DNA from: Clostridia bacterium
Lineage (GTDB): Bacteria > Bacillota > Clostridia > Oscillospirales > CAG-272
Direction of reading: 5' to 3'
Assembly: GCA_017464565.1 (NCBI GenBank)
Contig: JAFTZH010000029.1
Span: forward strand, 9,767-73,766
Length of the DNA: 64,000 nucleotides
Below are positions 10,384 to 20,357 of the stretch, piece by piece (the first letter of the stretch is position 1; every line of letters starts with the position of its first letter). Both the position numbers and the translations under genes were made by a program. A model generated the notes under the pieces. The model saw only the letters and a list, made by a program, of their open reading frames with translations, did not search any database and was not told the origin of the DNA.

Positions 10384-11012
10384 TGATAATCGAGATTACT
10401 TCCGTTTCCGCTCGCAGCGGAGGGGCAGAGGTGGAGCTGGGCGTTCGTATATGCAACGGCGAGAACTTTGAAACAAAAAGGATCGTACTGCTTTCGCGCC
10501 GCTATGCCGAGCTTTCCGTTACGAGCGGGAGCGTAAGCCAAGAGTGCTTTGAGGAATTGGAGCTTGAGGCGGAAATTTGCCGCGCGGTAAAGCGGGGAAT
10601 GTATATTCTCGGCTACGGCGCGTCCTCAAAAAAGAATATGGTACTCAAGCTTCGCTCAAAAGGATTTTCAAGGGAGATATCCGAAACCGCGTCGGAATAC
10701 CTATGTGAGCTGGGATATATAAACGAGGAAAAAGACGCCGTTTGCGAGGCGGAGCGGTGTTTAAAAAAATATTGGGGGCGCCGCCGTATCTCCGCGTCTC
10801 TTTACGAAAAAGGATATTCGGACGAGGCAGTACGCGCCGCTTTGGAGTCGCTTCGCGGAGTTGATTTTTCGGAGAGATGCGCCGAGCTTATAAGAAAAAG
10901 ATTTAGGGTTGTTCCCGACGAGCCGCGGGAGCTTCAAAAGCTTATTGCTTCTATGGTTAGATACGGTTATTCCTCGTCTGAGATTAAAGAAGCGTTGAGT
11001 ATGATAAATTGA
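10383..11012 (+). CDS. recX: Regulatory protein RecX
   Basis: Overlaps the recA stop; LRSKGF, LGYINE, GRRRI..L..KG, RYGYS three-helix repeat motifs. Confidence 0.85.
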   Translation: MIIEITSVSARSGGAEVELGVRICNGENFETKRIVLLSRRYAELSVTSGSVSQECFEELELEAEICRAVKRGMYILGYGASSKKNMVLKLRSKGFSREISETASEYLCELGYINEEKDAVCEAERCLKKYWGRRRISASLYEKGYSDEAVRAALESLRGVDFSERCAELIRKRFRVVPDEPRELQKLIASMVRYGYSSSEIKEALSMIN

Positions 11013-11035
11013 ATTACGAATATATTATATTTATA

Positions 11036-11136
11036 TTAAGGGGAGAAACTTTTTTTAAAAAGTTTCTCCCCTTAAACCCCTCTTCAAAACTTTTAAAATT
11101 TGGGTATGGCATTAAAATTTTGTTTTGCTAGCCGCG
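11036..11136. repeat. Palindromic intergenic repeat family, single arm (copy 1)
   Basis: TTAAGGGGAGAAACTTTTT/AAAAAGTTTCTCCCCTTAA hairpin plus an ACCCCTCTTCAAAACTTT tail shared with other copies. Confidence 0.8.
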
Positions 11137-11205
11137 AATACTCATAATCTTTTTTCATAAAAAATAACTTTGAATATTTTGCCACGCTTGGAGAAAAGTG
11201 AGATT

Positions 11206-11441
11206 ATGAGAAAAAAGATTATGCTGATATTCGGAACGCATCCGAGAGGATAGCGGCGGGGGCGCTGTGCTTCGTCGGAACTGCGGAAGAAGGAATTTAC
11301 AATAGTTTTCCCGAGCTATTGAATAATAAATTGGTTTATGATATAATGAATAATACGCCGAATCCTTACGGAGACGGAAGTGTGTGTTCCCGAATTGCTG
11401 ACGTTATAGAGTACGTCAGAATAAAGGCGGAGCATATATAG
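11206..11441 (+). pseudogene. wecB: Internally deleted UDP-N-acetylglucosamine 2-epimerase remnant
   Basis: MRKKIMLIFGTHP (WecB N-terminus) fused with a frameshift to IAAGALCFVGTAEEGIY...NPYGDGSVCSRIADVI (WecB C-terminus). Confidence 0.8.
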
Positions 11442-11535
11442 TCCATTTTTAATCCGAGCTTTGACAGACCTGACTCGGATAAGGCTTTGGTTTATTTTAA
11501 TTACTCGTGAAAAAGGAGTTTGTGCATTCAGGCTT

Positions 11536-12945
11536 ATGATAAGGTTTGGAACAGGCGGCTGGAGAGCCGAGATAGGCGTTGATTTTATTAAATCGAATAT
11601 TGAAAAGGTTACGCAGGGTATCTGCGAGCTGATGAGGGAAGAAGGAAAAACGGACAAGCCCGTAGTGCTGGGACACGACAGAAGATTTCTTTCGGACAGC
11701 GCGGCTATGTGGATAGCCGAGGTGCTCGGAGGAAACGGTATATCGGTACTTTATATAAGCCGAAGCGCCCCGACACCGCTCGTTATGTTTGACGTGAAGG
11801 ATATGGGACTTCACTACGGAATAGAGGTAACGGCAAGCCACAATCCGGCGTCCTATAACGGAATGAAGCTGATAGTTGAGGAGGGAAGGGACGCCTCTGT
11901 TGAGACGACCTCAAAGCTTGAGACTATAATCGACAACGTAACCGACGTCAAGCGTATGCCGTTTGCCGAGGCAATAGAGAAGGGCTTGATACTCGACGTA
12001 AAAAATCCCTTTAACGATTTTATAGATTCGATACTCTCACAGCTTGACATTGATCTGATAAGAAAAGCGGGTCCGAGAATACTTTTCGACCCTATGCACG
12101 GCTCCGGAACTTATCCGCTGACCGTAATTTTGAATACCACGCGCTGTACGCTTGACACCATACATTACAACAAGGACGCTTATTTCGGAGGCGATATGCC
12201 TGCGCCGAACAAGAACGTATTGTGGGACCTTTCCCGTCGTGTATCGAACGGGGGATACGATCTTGGAATTGCGTTTGACGGGGACGGAGACCGGCTTGGA
12301 ATAATCGATCCGTGCGGGGAGTACATAGACGCTAACAGAATATTAGTTATGCTGTATTACTATCTGCACGAGTACCGCGGCTGGAAGGGGCCCGTGGTGC
12401 GTAATTGCGCTACCACGCATATGCTTGATCTCGTTGCCGAATCCTTCGGAGAGAGGTGCTACGAGGTTCCCGTCGGGTTTAAGTATATTTCGGCAAAGAT
12501 AGACGAGGCGGACGCCGTTCTCGGCGGCGAATCCTCGGGAGGGCTTACCGTAAGAGGACATATACACGGAAAGGACTCGGTATATGCGGCTGTGCTTTTC
12601 ATTGAGATGATATGTGCTATCGGAAAAACTCCGAGTGAATTTTGGTGTGAGCTTACCGAAAAATACGGAGTGCACGAAATGGCGGAGGACAATATGCGCT
12701 TTACACTGGAAGAAAAGGAGCGCATTGAGCATATATTGTTTAAGGAAAAGAAGATTCCCGATTTTAGCAGAGGGATAAAAGCTATCAGTTATGAGGACGG
12801 CTGCGTGATAACCTTTGAGGACGGAGCTTTCATTATCTGCCGTTTTTCGGGAACCGAACCCTTGCTTCGTATTTTTGCCGAAGATACCAACGCGGATAAA
12901 GCAAGAAAAATAATATCCCAAATGAAAGAATTTTTGTCGCTTTAA
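11536..12945 (+). CDS. Phosphoglucomutase/phosphomannomutase family protein
   Basis: IRFGTGGWR, TASHNP catalytic Ser, FDGDGDR metal loop, GESSGG, RFSGTEP. Confidence 0.92.
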   Translation: MIRFGTGGWRAEIGVDFIKSNIEKVTQGICELMREEGKTDKPVVLGHDRRFLSDSAAMWIAEVLGGNGISVLYISRSAPTPLVMFDVKDMGLHYGIEVTASHNPASYNGMKLIVEEGRDASVETTSKLETIIDNVTDVKRMPFAEAIEKGLILDVKNPFNDFIDSILSQLDIDLIRKAGPRILFDPMHGSGTYPLTVILNTTRCTLDTIHYNKDAYFGGDMPAPNKNVLWDLSRRVSNGGYDLGIAFDGDGDRLGIIDPCGEYIDANRILVMLYYYLHEYRGWKGPVVRNCATTHMLDLVAESFGERCYEVPVGFKYISAKIDEADAVLGGESSGGLTVRGHIHGKDSVYAAVLFIEMICAIGKTPSEFWCELTEKYGVHEMAEDNMRFTLEEKERIEHILFKEKKIPDFSRGIKAISYEDGCVITFEDGAFIICRFSGTEPLLRIFAEDTNADKARKIISQMKEFLSL

Positions 12946-12969
12946 GTTAGGGGAGTTTTTATGTATGGA

Positions 12970-13013
12970 TTTTTAAGGGGAGAAACTTTTGCAAAAGTTT
13001 CTCCCCTTAAAAA
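12970..13013. repeat. 44-bp perfect palindrome (repeat family copy 2) between convergent genes
   Basis: TTTTTAAGGGGAGAAACTTTTG|CAAAAGTTTCTCCCCTTAAAAA. Confidence 0.85.
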
Positions 13014-13031
13014 ACCTATCCACAAACCAAA

Positions 13032-13985
13032 TTATTTACTATTTATTTCCTTTGCCTGAAGCAATATTATCTCCTCGAGACAATCGGCGTATTCCTGCTC
13101 CGAATATTTTTTTACGACGTAAAGGTGATTTCCGTCGGACGTTTCCTCAAACGAATTACAGCCTGTTTCGGCGTCAAGAGACGCTCTGCCTCTGACCACT
13201 GAATAGCCCGAAAGCTCCTCGTCTCCGACACACGCCATATAAGCGGTAAGCGGGTCCCACGACGGTCTGCCGTTCGGAACGTTATAATCGCAAAGAACCG
13301 CGTAAAGCTTATCGTCGGGATACGTATCCTTAAGTATTCCGCCGCTTATCACGTTATATCCAACTTCCCAGCCAAGCAAGGTTATCGGTACGGGACAAAG
13401 CTCAAGAACCTTGCTCGCCGTGCGGCTCGCCTTGGTGGTTTTGGAGAAATTGAATTCCCGACCGTTCGGAATATCCCAACGGCCGCCCATTATCCATAGC
13501 TTTCTCACCTTTTGTCTGACCAGATCCATTCCGTCAAGCGGCGAAAATTCGTCTGCTTCCGACATCAGAAGGTCGGCAAGAACCTGAGAAAATCCGACCT
13601 CTATTATATCTGCCTTTTCGTCGGAGGCAGCAAGCAGACGGCGGTAAAGCCGCAGCGCGCTCTCGCAGGTATCGTTCTCACGCTTCGCATCTCTGCCCTC
13701 GGCAAGTCTCGCGTGATATTTTCCCTCTCCGCCGTAATCGTAAGCTTCGTGGTCAAGACCTATCGCCACCTCTGGTATCCCCTCGTATTCGGCGAACGCG
13801 CGAAGCGAGGATACCGAATACTCCATAGCCGAGTCAATAGCCATTCCGAGAAGCTTTATTATCTTGTTTTTATGAGCCCACGCAAGAATTCTGATTGCTA
13901 CCGCGTCGTCGCAGTCGGTATGCCAATCGGTTCCGAGAATCACGGGTCTCTCTAAAGGCTTTGCCTTAAGTAACGTATTTTCCAT
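13032..13985 (-). CDS. Nucleoside hydrolase family protein
   Basis: N-terminal TDWHTDCDD Asp cluster, MGG..EFN, SWDPL; RBS AAGGAG. Confidence 0.75.
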   Translation of the reverse strand: MENTLLKAKPLERPVILGTDWHTDCDDAVAIRILAWAHKNKIIKLLGMAIDSAMEYSVSSLRAFAEYEGIPEVAIGLDHEAYDYGGEGKYHARLAEGRDAKRENDTCESALRLYRRLLAASDEKADIIEVGFSQVLADLLMSEADEFSPLDGMDLVRQKVRKLWIMGGRWDIPNGREFNFSKTTKASRTASKVLELCPVPITLLGWEVGYNVISGGILKDTYPDDKLYAVLCDYNVPNGRPSWDPLTAYMACVGDEELSGYSVVRGRASLDAETGCNSFEETSDGNHLYVVKKYSEQEYADCLEEIILLQAKEINSK

Positions 13986-14150
13986 ACAAGGGACTCCTTT
14001 TCAGCGTTTTTCTAATTTTAACATATTTGCGCTAATATTTCAACCGTAACTCCCTTTTTATTTAAAAATTTTTGAAAAAGATAAAAAATAAATAAAACTT
14101 TAACATTTATATGATATAATAAAAAAAATAGTTCAGGGAGGGATCATCGG

Positions 14151-14822
14151 GTGTTTAAAATTTTAGTACTTGAAGACGACGCTATGCTCAACCGCACTAT
14201 GTGTATATTTCTCAACCAAAACGGATATGACACGACCGGCTGTCTCAACGCCGAAGAGGCTTACGACGCTATGTATAAAAGCACTTACGACCTCATAATA
14301 TCGGACATAATGATGCCGAAAATCGACGGCTTTGAATTTGCCGAGACCGTTCGCTCGCTGAGTGAGGATATACCGATACTCTTCGTCAGTGCGAGAGACG
14401 ATATAGCCTCAAAGCAAAAGGGCTTCCGCATAGGAATCGACGATTATATGGTAAAGCCCATTGACCTTGACGAGCTTCTCCTGCGCATCGGCGCCCTTCT
14501 GCGCCGCGCGAATATCGCAAGCGCGAAAAAGCTCACGATAGGCAGCTTCACTATGGACACAGACGAGCACACCGCGTATCTTGACGGGGAGGAGATTCCT
14601 CTGACTATGAGAGAATTCGACCTGCTATTCAAGCTTTTGTCGTACCCCAAAAAGACTTTTACCAGAACTCAGCTTATGAACGAGTTTTGGGACGCCGATA
14701 CCGAATCGGGCACTCGCACCGTTGACGTATATATGACCAAGCTCCGCCAAAAGCTCTCCGCCTGCGATTCTTTTGAGATAGTAACTGTTCACGGTCTTGG
14801 CTATAAGGCGGTGCTCAAATGA
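14151..14822 (+). CDS. OmpR-family response regulator
   Basis: LEDD, DIMMP, DDYMVKP, wHTH RTVDVYMTKLRQKL...VHGLGYK. Confidence 0.93.
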   Translation: MFKILVLEDDAMLNRTMCIFLNQNGYDTTGCLNAEEAYDAMYKSTYDLIISDIMMPKIDGFEFAETVRSLSEDIPILFVSARDDIASKQKGFRIGIDDYMVKPIDLDELLLRIGALLRRANIASAKKLTIGSFTMDTDEHTAYLDGEEIPLTMREFDLLFKLLSYPKKTFTRTQLMNEFWDADTESGTRTVDVYMTKLRQKLSACDSFEIVTVHGLGYKAVLK

Positions 14823-15889
14823 AAAACGAGCGTCAGTTCAGAAAGATACTTCTCGCCCTCAACCATTTTCTGACCTTCTTTATTCTCGTGGCGTTCGTCA
14901 TATCCTGCTGTATGATGCTGTTTCTCTCAACCTTCGCTGACTCGTTGGATCTGGAGCTTACGAACGAAAATCTTAATTCAGCGGCAAAAATAACCTTTTT
15001 GAACGTAATTTTGTTGAGCCTGCTGTTTACGATAATAGACGCGGTGCGCCGCAAGCTTACGGTGAAACGCCCCGTAAAACGTATTACCGAGGCATCTCAA
15101 AAAATCGTTCAAGGAGATTTTTCGATAAGACTTCAGCTTCAGTCTACTGTCTGGAGCGACGACAGCTTCAACGAGATAATCGAGTGCTTCAACAAAATGG
15201 CGGAGGAGCTTTCGAGCGTGGAAACTCTCCGCACCGACTTTATAGCCAACGTATCTCACGAGATGAAAACTCCGCTTGCCGTCATTCAGAACTACGGAAC
15301 GCTGCTTCAGGCTCCCGACCTGTCGGAAGAAAAACGCATAGAATACGCCAAGGCAATAACCGACAGCTCACGCAGACTCGTCGATATGATGACCAATATA
15401 CTGAAGCTGAACCGCTTGGAAAATCAACAGATATATCTGAATACCGAAGAATACGATCTCGGAGAACAGCTCTGTGAATGTCTTTTGCAATACGAAAACG
15501 TATGGGAAGACAAAAATATCGGAATAGAAACCGATATTGAGGACGGATTAACCGTAAAGGCTGACGCCGAGCTTCTGTCTCTCGTATGGAACAACCTTTT
15601 CTCCAACGCCTTCAAATTTACCGAGTCCGGAGGAACGGTATCCCTGTCTCTTGCGTCAGAAGATGAGTTTGCCGTGGTCAAGGTCAGAGACACGGGCTGC
15701 GGAATCTCGTCGGATATAGGCGCTCATATATTTGAGAAATTTTATCAGGGAGACACCTCTCACGCCACCCAGGGAAATGGTCTGGGGCTTGCGCTCGTCA
15801 AGCGGGTAGTCGATATTATGCAAGGTGAGATAGGCGTAGAGAGTACTCTCGGAGAAGGAACTAATTTTACCGTTAAGATAAGGAGGTAA
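14819..15889 (+). CDS. HAMP-domain sensor histidine kinase
   Basis: Two TM segments, NVSHEMKTPL H-box, NAFKFT, DTGCGI, GNGLGL. Confidence 0.93.
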   Translation: MKNERQFRKILLALNHFLTFFILVAFVISCCMMLFLSTFADSLDLELTNENLNSAAKITFLNVILLSLLFTIIDAVRRKLTVKRPVKRITEASQKIVQGDFSIRLQLQSTVWSDDSFNEIIECFNKMAEELSSVETLRTDFIANVSHEMKTPLAVIQNYGTLLQAPDLSEEKRIEYAKAITDSSRRLVDMMTNILKLNRLENQQIYLNTEEYDLGEQLCECLLQYENVWEDKNIGIETDIEDGLTVKADAELLSLVWNNLFSNAFKFTESGGTVSLSLASEDEFAVVKVRDTGCGISSDIGAHIFEKFYQGDTSHATQGNGLGLALVKRVVDIMQGEIGVESTLGEGTNFTVKIRR

Positions 15890-15895
15890 GTCGTA

Positions 15896-16837
15896 ATGGA
15901 CTTTTGGAAAAAGCTTGGAAAAGCGTTGCTTTTCCCCCATATAGCGATTATGATAATCCTCGTTCCGATTTCGATTGCGCTTCTCATCTGCTCTATGGTG
16001 TTCGTCGGAACGGACACGGTGATTTCTTATATATCATACGTTTTAGCGGCGTATACCTTGACGGTCTGGTGCTTCAAAATCCCTTATTTGATTAAATTCT
16101 TTAAAAACTTTAAGAACGAAAATAAATACGTTCAAATTTTACAAAACGACGCGCGGCTTCGCGTCAAAATTTCTCTTTACGGCTCACTGTTATGGAATAC
16201 AGCTTACGCCATATTTCAATTAGGGCTTGGATTTCTTCACTCGACTTTCTGGTACTATTCAATGGCGGGCTATTATATCTGCCTCGCTGTAATGCGATTT
16301 TTCCTCTTGCGGTATACGAGAGTATATAGCCCGGGAGAAAAAATGGAAACCGAACTGAAAAAATACCGCTTGTGCGGCTGGAGTTTCCTGATTATGAACC
16401 TTGCCCTGACGGCTATCATTTTCTTTATGGTATATTGGAACAGAACCTTCGAGCATCATGAGATAACTACTATCACCATGGCGGCGTACACCTTCACCGC
16501 GTTTACCGTGGCAATAGTCAATATAGTAAAATACTCAAAATACAACAGTCCCGTTTTCTCCGCGTCAAAAGCGATAAATCTCGCCGCCGCCTGCGTATCT
16601 ATGCTGACCTTGGAAACCACTATGCTCACTACGTTCGGTGCTGACGGAGACACGAATATGAACCGATGGATGTTAGGCGTTACCGGTATCGTTATATCCG
16701 CATTTATAGTATGTATGGCTATATATATGATAATCAAGGGAAACAAGGAACTTAAAAAGCTGAAGGAAAGTAAAGCAAGGAATAATACCTTTACGGTAAA
16801 AGAACTCAGGGAGAGACTCAATGGAAAACAACAATGA
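15896..16837 (+). CDS. Polytopic membrane protein of unknown function
   Basis: RBS AGGAGG; about 8 hydrophobic segments; co-operonic with the two-component system. Confidence 0.75.
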   Translation: MDFWKKLGKALLFPHIAIMIILVPISIALLICSMVFVGTDTVISYISYVLAAYTLTVWCFKIPYLIKFFKNFKNENKYVQILQNDARLRVKISLYGSLLWNTAYAIFQLGLGFLHSTFWYYSMAGYYICLAVMRFFLLRYTRVYSPGEKMETELKKYRLCGWSFLIMNLALTAIIFFMVYWNRTFEHHEITTITMAAYTFTAFTVAIVNIVKYSKYNSPVFSASKAINLAAACVSMLTLETTMLTTFGADGDTNMNRWMLGVTGIVISAFIVCMAIYMIIKGNKELKKLKESKARNNTFTVKELRERLNGKQQ

Positions 16838-17234
16838 TGACAAAAGCTTCACTTACACGTACTCCGCAAAAGAGCAGGAGGAGCTGAAGCGAATCCGAAA
16901 TAAATACGCTTACACCGCGGATACCGAGGAAGATAAAATGGAGCAGCTTCGCAGACTTGATCGAAGCGTAACCAAAAAAGGAACGATAGCGGCGTGCATA
17001 ATAGGAGTTATAGGCGCTCTGATTCTCGGTATCGGAATGTGTCTCGTTATGACGAGCTTTTCGGATATTCTCGGAAGCTACGAGTATCTCGCTATGCCGA
17101 TTGGAACAGCCGTCGGTCTTTTGGGAATAATTCTCGTCATTCTCGCCTATCCGCTCTATTCGCATATAACGAAAAAAGAACGGGAAAAAGCAGCGCCCGA
17201 AATATTGCGCCTTACTGACGAGTTGTTGAAATAA
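16821..17234 (+). CDS. Small two-TM membrane protein
   Basis: Overlaps the upstream gene; hydrophilic N-terminus and two TM helices. Confidence 0.75.
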   Translation: MENNNDDKSFTYTYSAKEQEELKRIRNKYAYTADTEEDKMEQLRRLDRSVTKKGTIAACIIGVIGALILGIGMCLVMTSFSDILGSYEYLAMPIGTAVGLLGIILVILAYPLYSHITKKEREKAAPEILRLTDELLK

Positions 17235-17247
17235 ATATTTTATATTA

Positions 17248-17529
17248 TAAGGGGGAGGAGCTTTTTGCAAAAAGCTCCTCCCCCCAACCCCCTTCGCAAA
17301 AATCTTAAATGTTTTGGGTATAGTTTTAAATTTTTGCTTTACTTCCTGCGGAGAGCTTATTTTAGGTATTTACCATACACGGTAGGGGAGGGGCTTGTGT
17401 ATGATAAAAAACCGAATTAATCTTTTTGTAGAAAGCAAAACAAAAAGCTAAATCCATACCAACCGTTTAAAGTTTTTTGAAGAGGGGGGTTGGGGGAGGG
17501 ACTTTTTTCAAAAAGTCCCTCCCCCTTAA
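17248..17529. repeat. Palindromic repeat family, two-armed element (copy 3)
   Basis: Inverted ~100-bp arms each ending in a hairpin (GGGGGAGGAGCTTTTT/AAAAAGCTCCTCCCCC and GGGGGAGGGACTTTTT/AAAAAGTCCCTCCCCC). Confidence 0.85.
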
Positions 17530-17534
17530 AAATC

Positions 17535-18434
17535 TCAAAAATTTAAACTCGTAAGCTTTCTAAACAGGTCGGCGTACATAGAATCGCGCCGCAGGCGTCT
17601 TACGTATATATAATGCGGTCTTGCCATATCGAAGGCGTACTTCATATCCGAGGTAATAAACGGGCGGGGCATAGCGACAAGTTCAAAAGCCTTTGGTCTT
17701 ATAAAAAGTCCGATAGCGGTTACGTCCCAGATGACCTTTGACCAAGCGTAAGGATTTTTGGTATAATTCCGCGTAAGCTCGATAAGATAATCGCACAGCG
17801 CGTTCTTTCCGCTCATATAATATTCTATTTCGGGTATTGAGGTAAGAAATTCACTGCACACTCCGCCGCAGGGTATTTGCAGAAGCGGAATACCGCTGTC
17901 GAATACTGCCTGTGCGGCGATGACGTCGCCCGCAAGATTAAAATCTCCCGCGTTCGGGAAATGCTGGGCGTGTCCGCCGAGCCATATAACCGCGGCTTTT
18001 TTGACTATCTCGGGATACTTGACGATTGCCGACGCCACGTTCGTAATAGCCCCTATCGCGACTATATATACTCTTTCGCCGCTGTTCATAACTATTTCGG
18101 CAATTTTGTCTGCCGCCTCTGATTCAACGGGTACGTCCTTTGAGGTCATCACTCTGTCGGAACCCTTGTATATCGGAATAGCGCAGTTTTCGTCAACGAG
18201 CTTGGTTATTTTGAATATTTCGTTGTAGCTCTGTAACATTCCGTCGCCTGCCGACGAGGAGCGCTCGTTGTAAAAGGGAGCCGCACAAAGCGCTAGAAGC
18301 TTGATTTTTTCGGGAGACAGCATAGCGTACGCAATGGCGTATTGATCGTCAACCTCGTTGTACGCGTCCGTATCGAGTATAATGTTTTTTATCTTGTCTG
18401 AATTGAGATCGTTTAAAATATCCTGTATATTCAT
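17535..18434 (-). CDS. Nucleoside hydrolase family protein
   Basis: LDTDAYNEVDD, IGAITN, WLGG..DFN, IWDV motifs; start placed at MNIQ. Confidence 0.8.
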   Translation of the reverse strand: MNIQDILNDLNSDKIKNIILDTDAYNEVDDQYAIAYAMLSPEKIKLLALCAAPFYNERSSSAGDGMLQSYNEIFKITKLVDENCAIPIYKGSDRVMTSKDVPVESEAADKIAEIVMNSGERVYIVAIGAITNVASAIVKYPEIVKKAAVIWLGGHAQHFPNAGDFNLAGDVIAAQAVFDSGIPLLQIPCGGVCSEFLTSIPEIEYYMSGKNALCDYLIELTRNYTKNPYAWSKVIWDVTAIGLFIRPKAFELVAMPRPFITSDMKYAFDMARPHYIYVRRLRRDSMYADLFRKLTSLNF

Positions 18435-18572
18435 AATAAAATGCGGGTTGCATAGTATGGCGGAGCCGCCGCAACCAAAGACGGAGCCGCTCTGCGCGGT
18501 ATTCGCGTTCCGCAAGACAGTATCCGCGCGTCACTGTCTTGCGGATTATTATAAGCTATACACGGTTTTTTG

Positions 18573-18601
18573 ATTATACAGTATTATTCCGTCTTTGTCA
18601 A
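18573..18601 (-). promoter_or_regulatory. sigma-A promoter upstream of the nucleoside hydrolase
   Basis: TTGACA-17-TATAAT on the minus strand. Confidence 0.75.
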
Positions 18602-18897
18602 GTACAAGAGCAAAAATATTTTTTGTTAAAGCTTTTCGTGTTATTGTCGATTATGAGCTGCGCAAAAAATATGTTTTTTGTAAAATTATCCCAAAAAATC
18701 GTTTAAAAACAAGGGTTCTCAGCGTTTGAGAACCCTTTTTGCATAGCTCGGAAACGTTTGATATTTGTGATATTGTTTGTAAAATAAGTGATTATGAGAG
18801 TGCTTTTGCGCTGTTAAAATTGTACAATTAACTTAAGCTTACACGGTACGTATGCGAAACGCTTTGAAAAACGAATAAAAAGGAGAAGCATATTTTG

Positions 18898-20346
18898 ATG
18901 AAAAAACTGATTTTACTGGTGTTGGTTTTGTCGATGACGCTGACCTTTCTTCCGTCCTGCGCCGAAGAGCAAGAGGAAGAGGCGGCTGAAACCACGGCGT
19001 CTACCGTCGAGGCGGCAACCGATATTCCCGTTAAGGATATGCAGGAAAGAACGATAACCTTTCTTACCTATAACAGAGGCGGAGGATATACGACGACTCC
19101 CGAAATTCTCAAGACAGAGGAGCAAGCTGACGTTATTAACGACGCCATAGTTTCGAGGAATCTCACGATTGAGGAAAACTACAACGTCAAGATAGAATGC
19201 TACGAGGACGAGAATATCGTCGAGGAGCTTAACAGACTGACGCTTGCCGGAAGCGACGGCTCGGAGGTGGATTTCGTTATTCCGTCGCAGTCGTACGCTA
19301 TCGCGATGATGGTAGCGGGACATCTAGTACCTCTCAACGATTTGCCGTACTTGAATTTCGGCGCGGAATATTGGGATTCCAATATGATAGCCGACACGGC
19401 TATCGGCGGAAAAAACTATATGATGCAGTGCGATATGAACTGGGTCGCGTGGGATACCACCTATCTCGTTTTCTTCAATAAGAGAATAGCTACCGAGGAA
19501 AATATCGAGGATATGTACGCATTGGTTGACGAGGGAAAATGGACGTTTGAGACCTACGCCGAGATAAGTCAGCGCGTTTACCGCGACGACGGCGACACCG
19601 TGGTGGATAAGGACGATACCTTCGGAACGAGCGCGTGCAACGTATGCGTGGACGCTTTTATGATAGGCGCGGGTATAACTTATATTCAGAAGGACGCGAA
19701 CGGATATCTGGTGCTGCCGTCCTCGACTACCGAGCAGATGGATAATATCTTCAACGAGATAGTTGATTTCTGCAACGCATCCGAAACGCTGTATACCGAC
19801 CATCCCGCGTACAAGGCACAGAGAGTGCAGATAGCTCACGATACCTTTACCGAGGGAAGAGCGCTCTTTTTCGTGGACTGCCTTGCTACCTATACCGACC
19901 TTAAATATATGGAGGACGAGTTCGGTATGCTTCCGCTTCCCAAATACGACGAGGAGCAAAAGGAATACTACACCTTTTCACATTTCCAGAACGGAAGCTG
20001 TCTTGCCATTCCGCAGATGGCGAAGGACGTAGACGACCTCGCGCTTATCGCCGAGGCGATAGCTTATTACTCGCACGACACCGTCCGTCCCGCGTACATA
20101 AACAATATCCTTGAGGGAAGAATAGCGCAGGCGGAGAATGATTACCGTATGATAGACAAAATAACGAGCAACTATCTTTACGATTTCGGTCTTATCCTTT
20201 ACGATTACGGGGTGCCTGTAAACACGACGGTGAGAATGTTGGTTACGAACAATCTCAAGGCGCTTTCCTCACAAATGAAGAGCGTACAGAAGATGTACAG
20301 CGCAAAGGTCGAGGCTATTAACGCGAAGGTGTCGGAAATCGATTGA
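18898..20346 (+). CDS. Extracellular solute-binding lipoprotein
   Basis: Lipobox LPSC; RN..IEE.YNV, GKWTFE, FGMLPLPKYDE motifs of sugar-type SBPs. Confidence 0.85.
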   Translation: MKKLILLVLVLSMTLTFLPSCAEEQEEEAAETTASTVEAATDIPVKDMQERTITFLTYNRGGGYTTTPEILKTEEQADVINDAIVSRNLTIEENYNVKIECYEDENIVEELNRLTLAGSDGSEVDFVIPSQSYAIAMMVAGHLVPLNDLPYLNFGAEYWDSNMIADTAIGGKNYMMQCDMNWVAWDTTYLVFFNKRIATEENIEDMYALVDEGKWTFETYAEISQRVYRDDGDTVVDKDDTFGTSACNVCVDAFMIGAGITYIQKDANGYLVLPSSTTEQMDNIFNEIVDFCNASETLYTDHPAYKAQRVQIAHDTFTEGRALFFVDCLATYTDLKYMEDEFGMLPLPKYDEEQKEYYTFSHFQNGSCLAIPQMAKDVDDLALIAEAIAYYSHDTVRPAYINNILEGRIAQAENDYRMIDKITSNYLYDFGLILYDYGVPVNTTVRMLVTNNLKALSSQMKSVQKMYSAKVEAINAKVSEID

Positions 20347-20357
20347 GGAGGAGCGCT

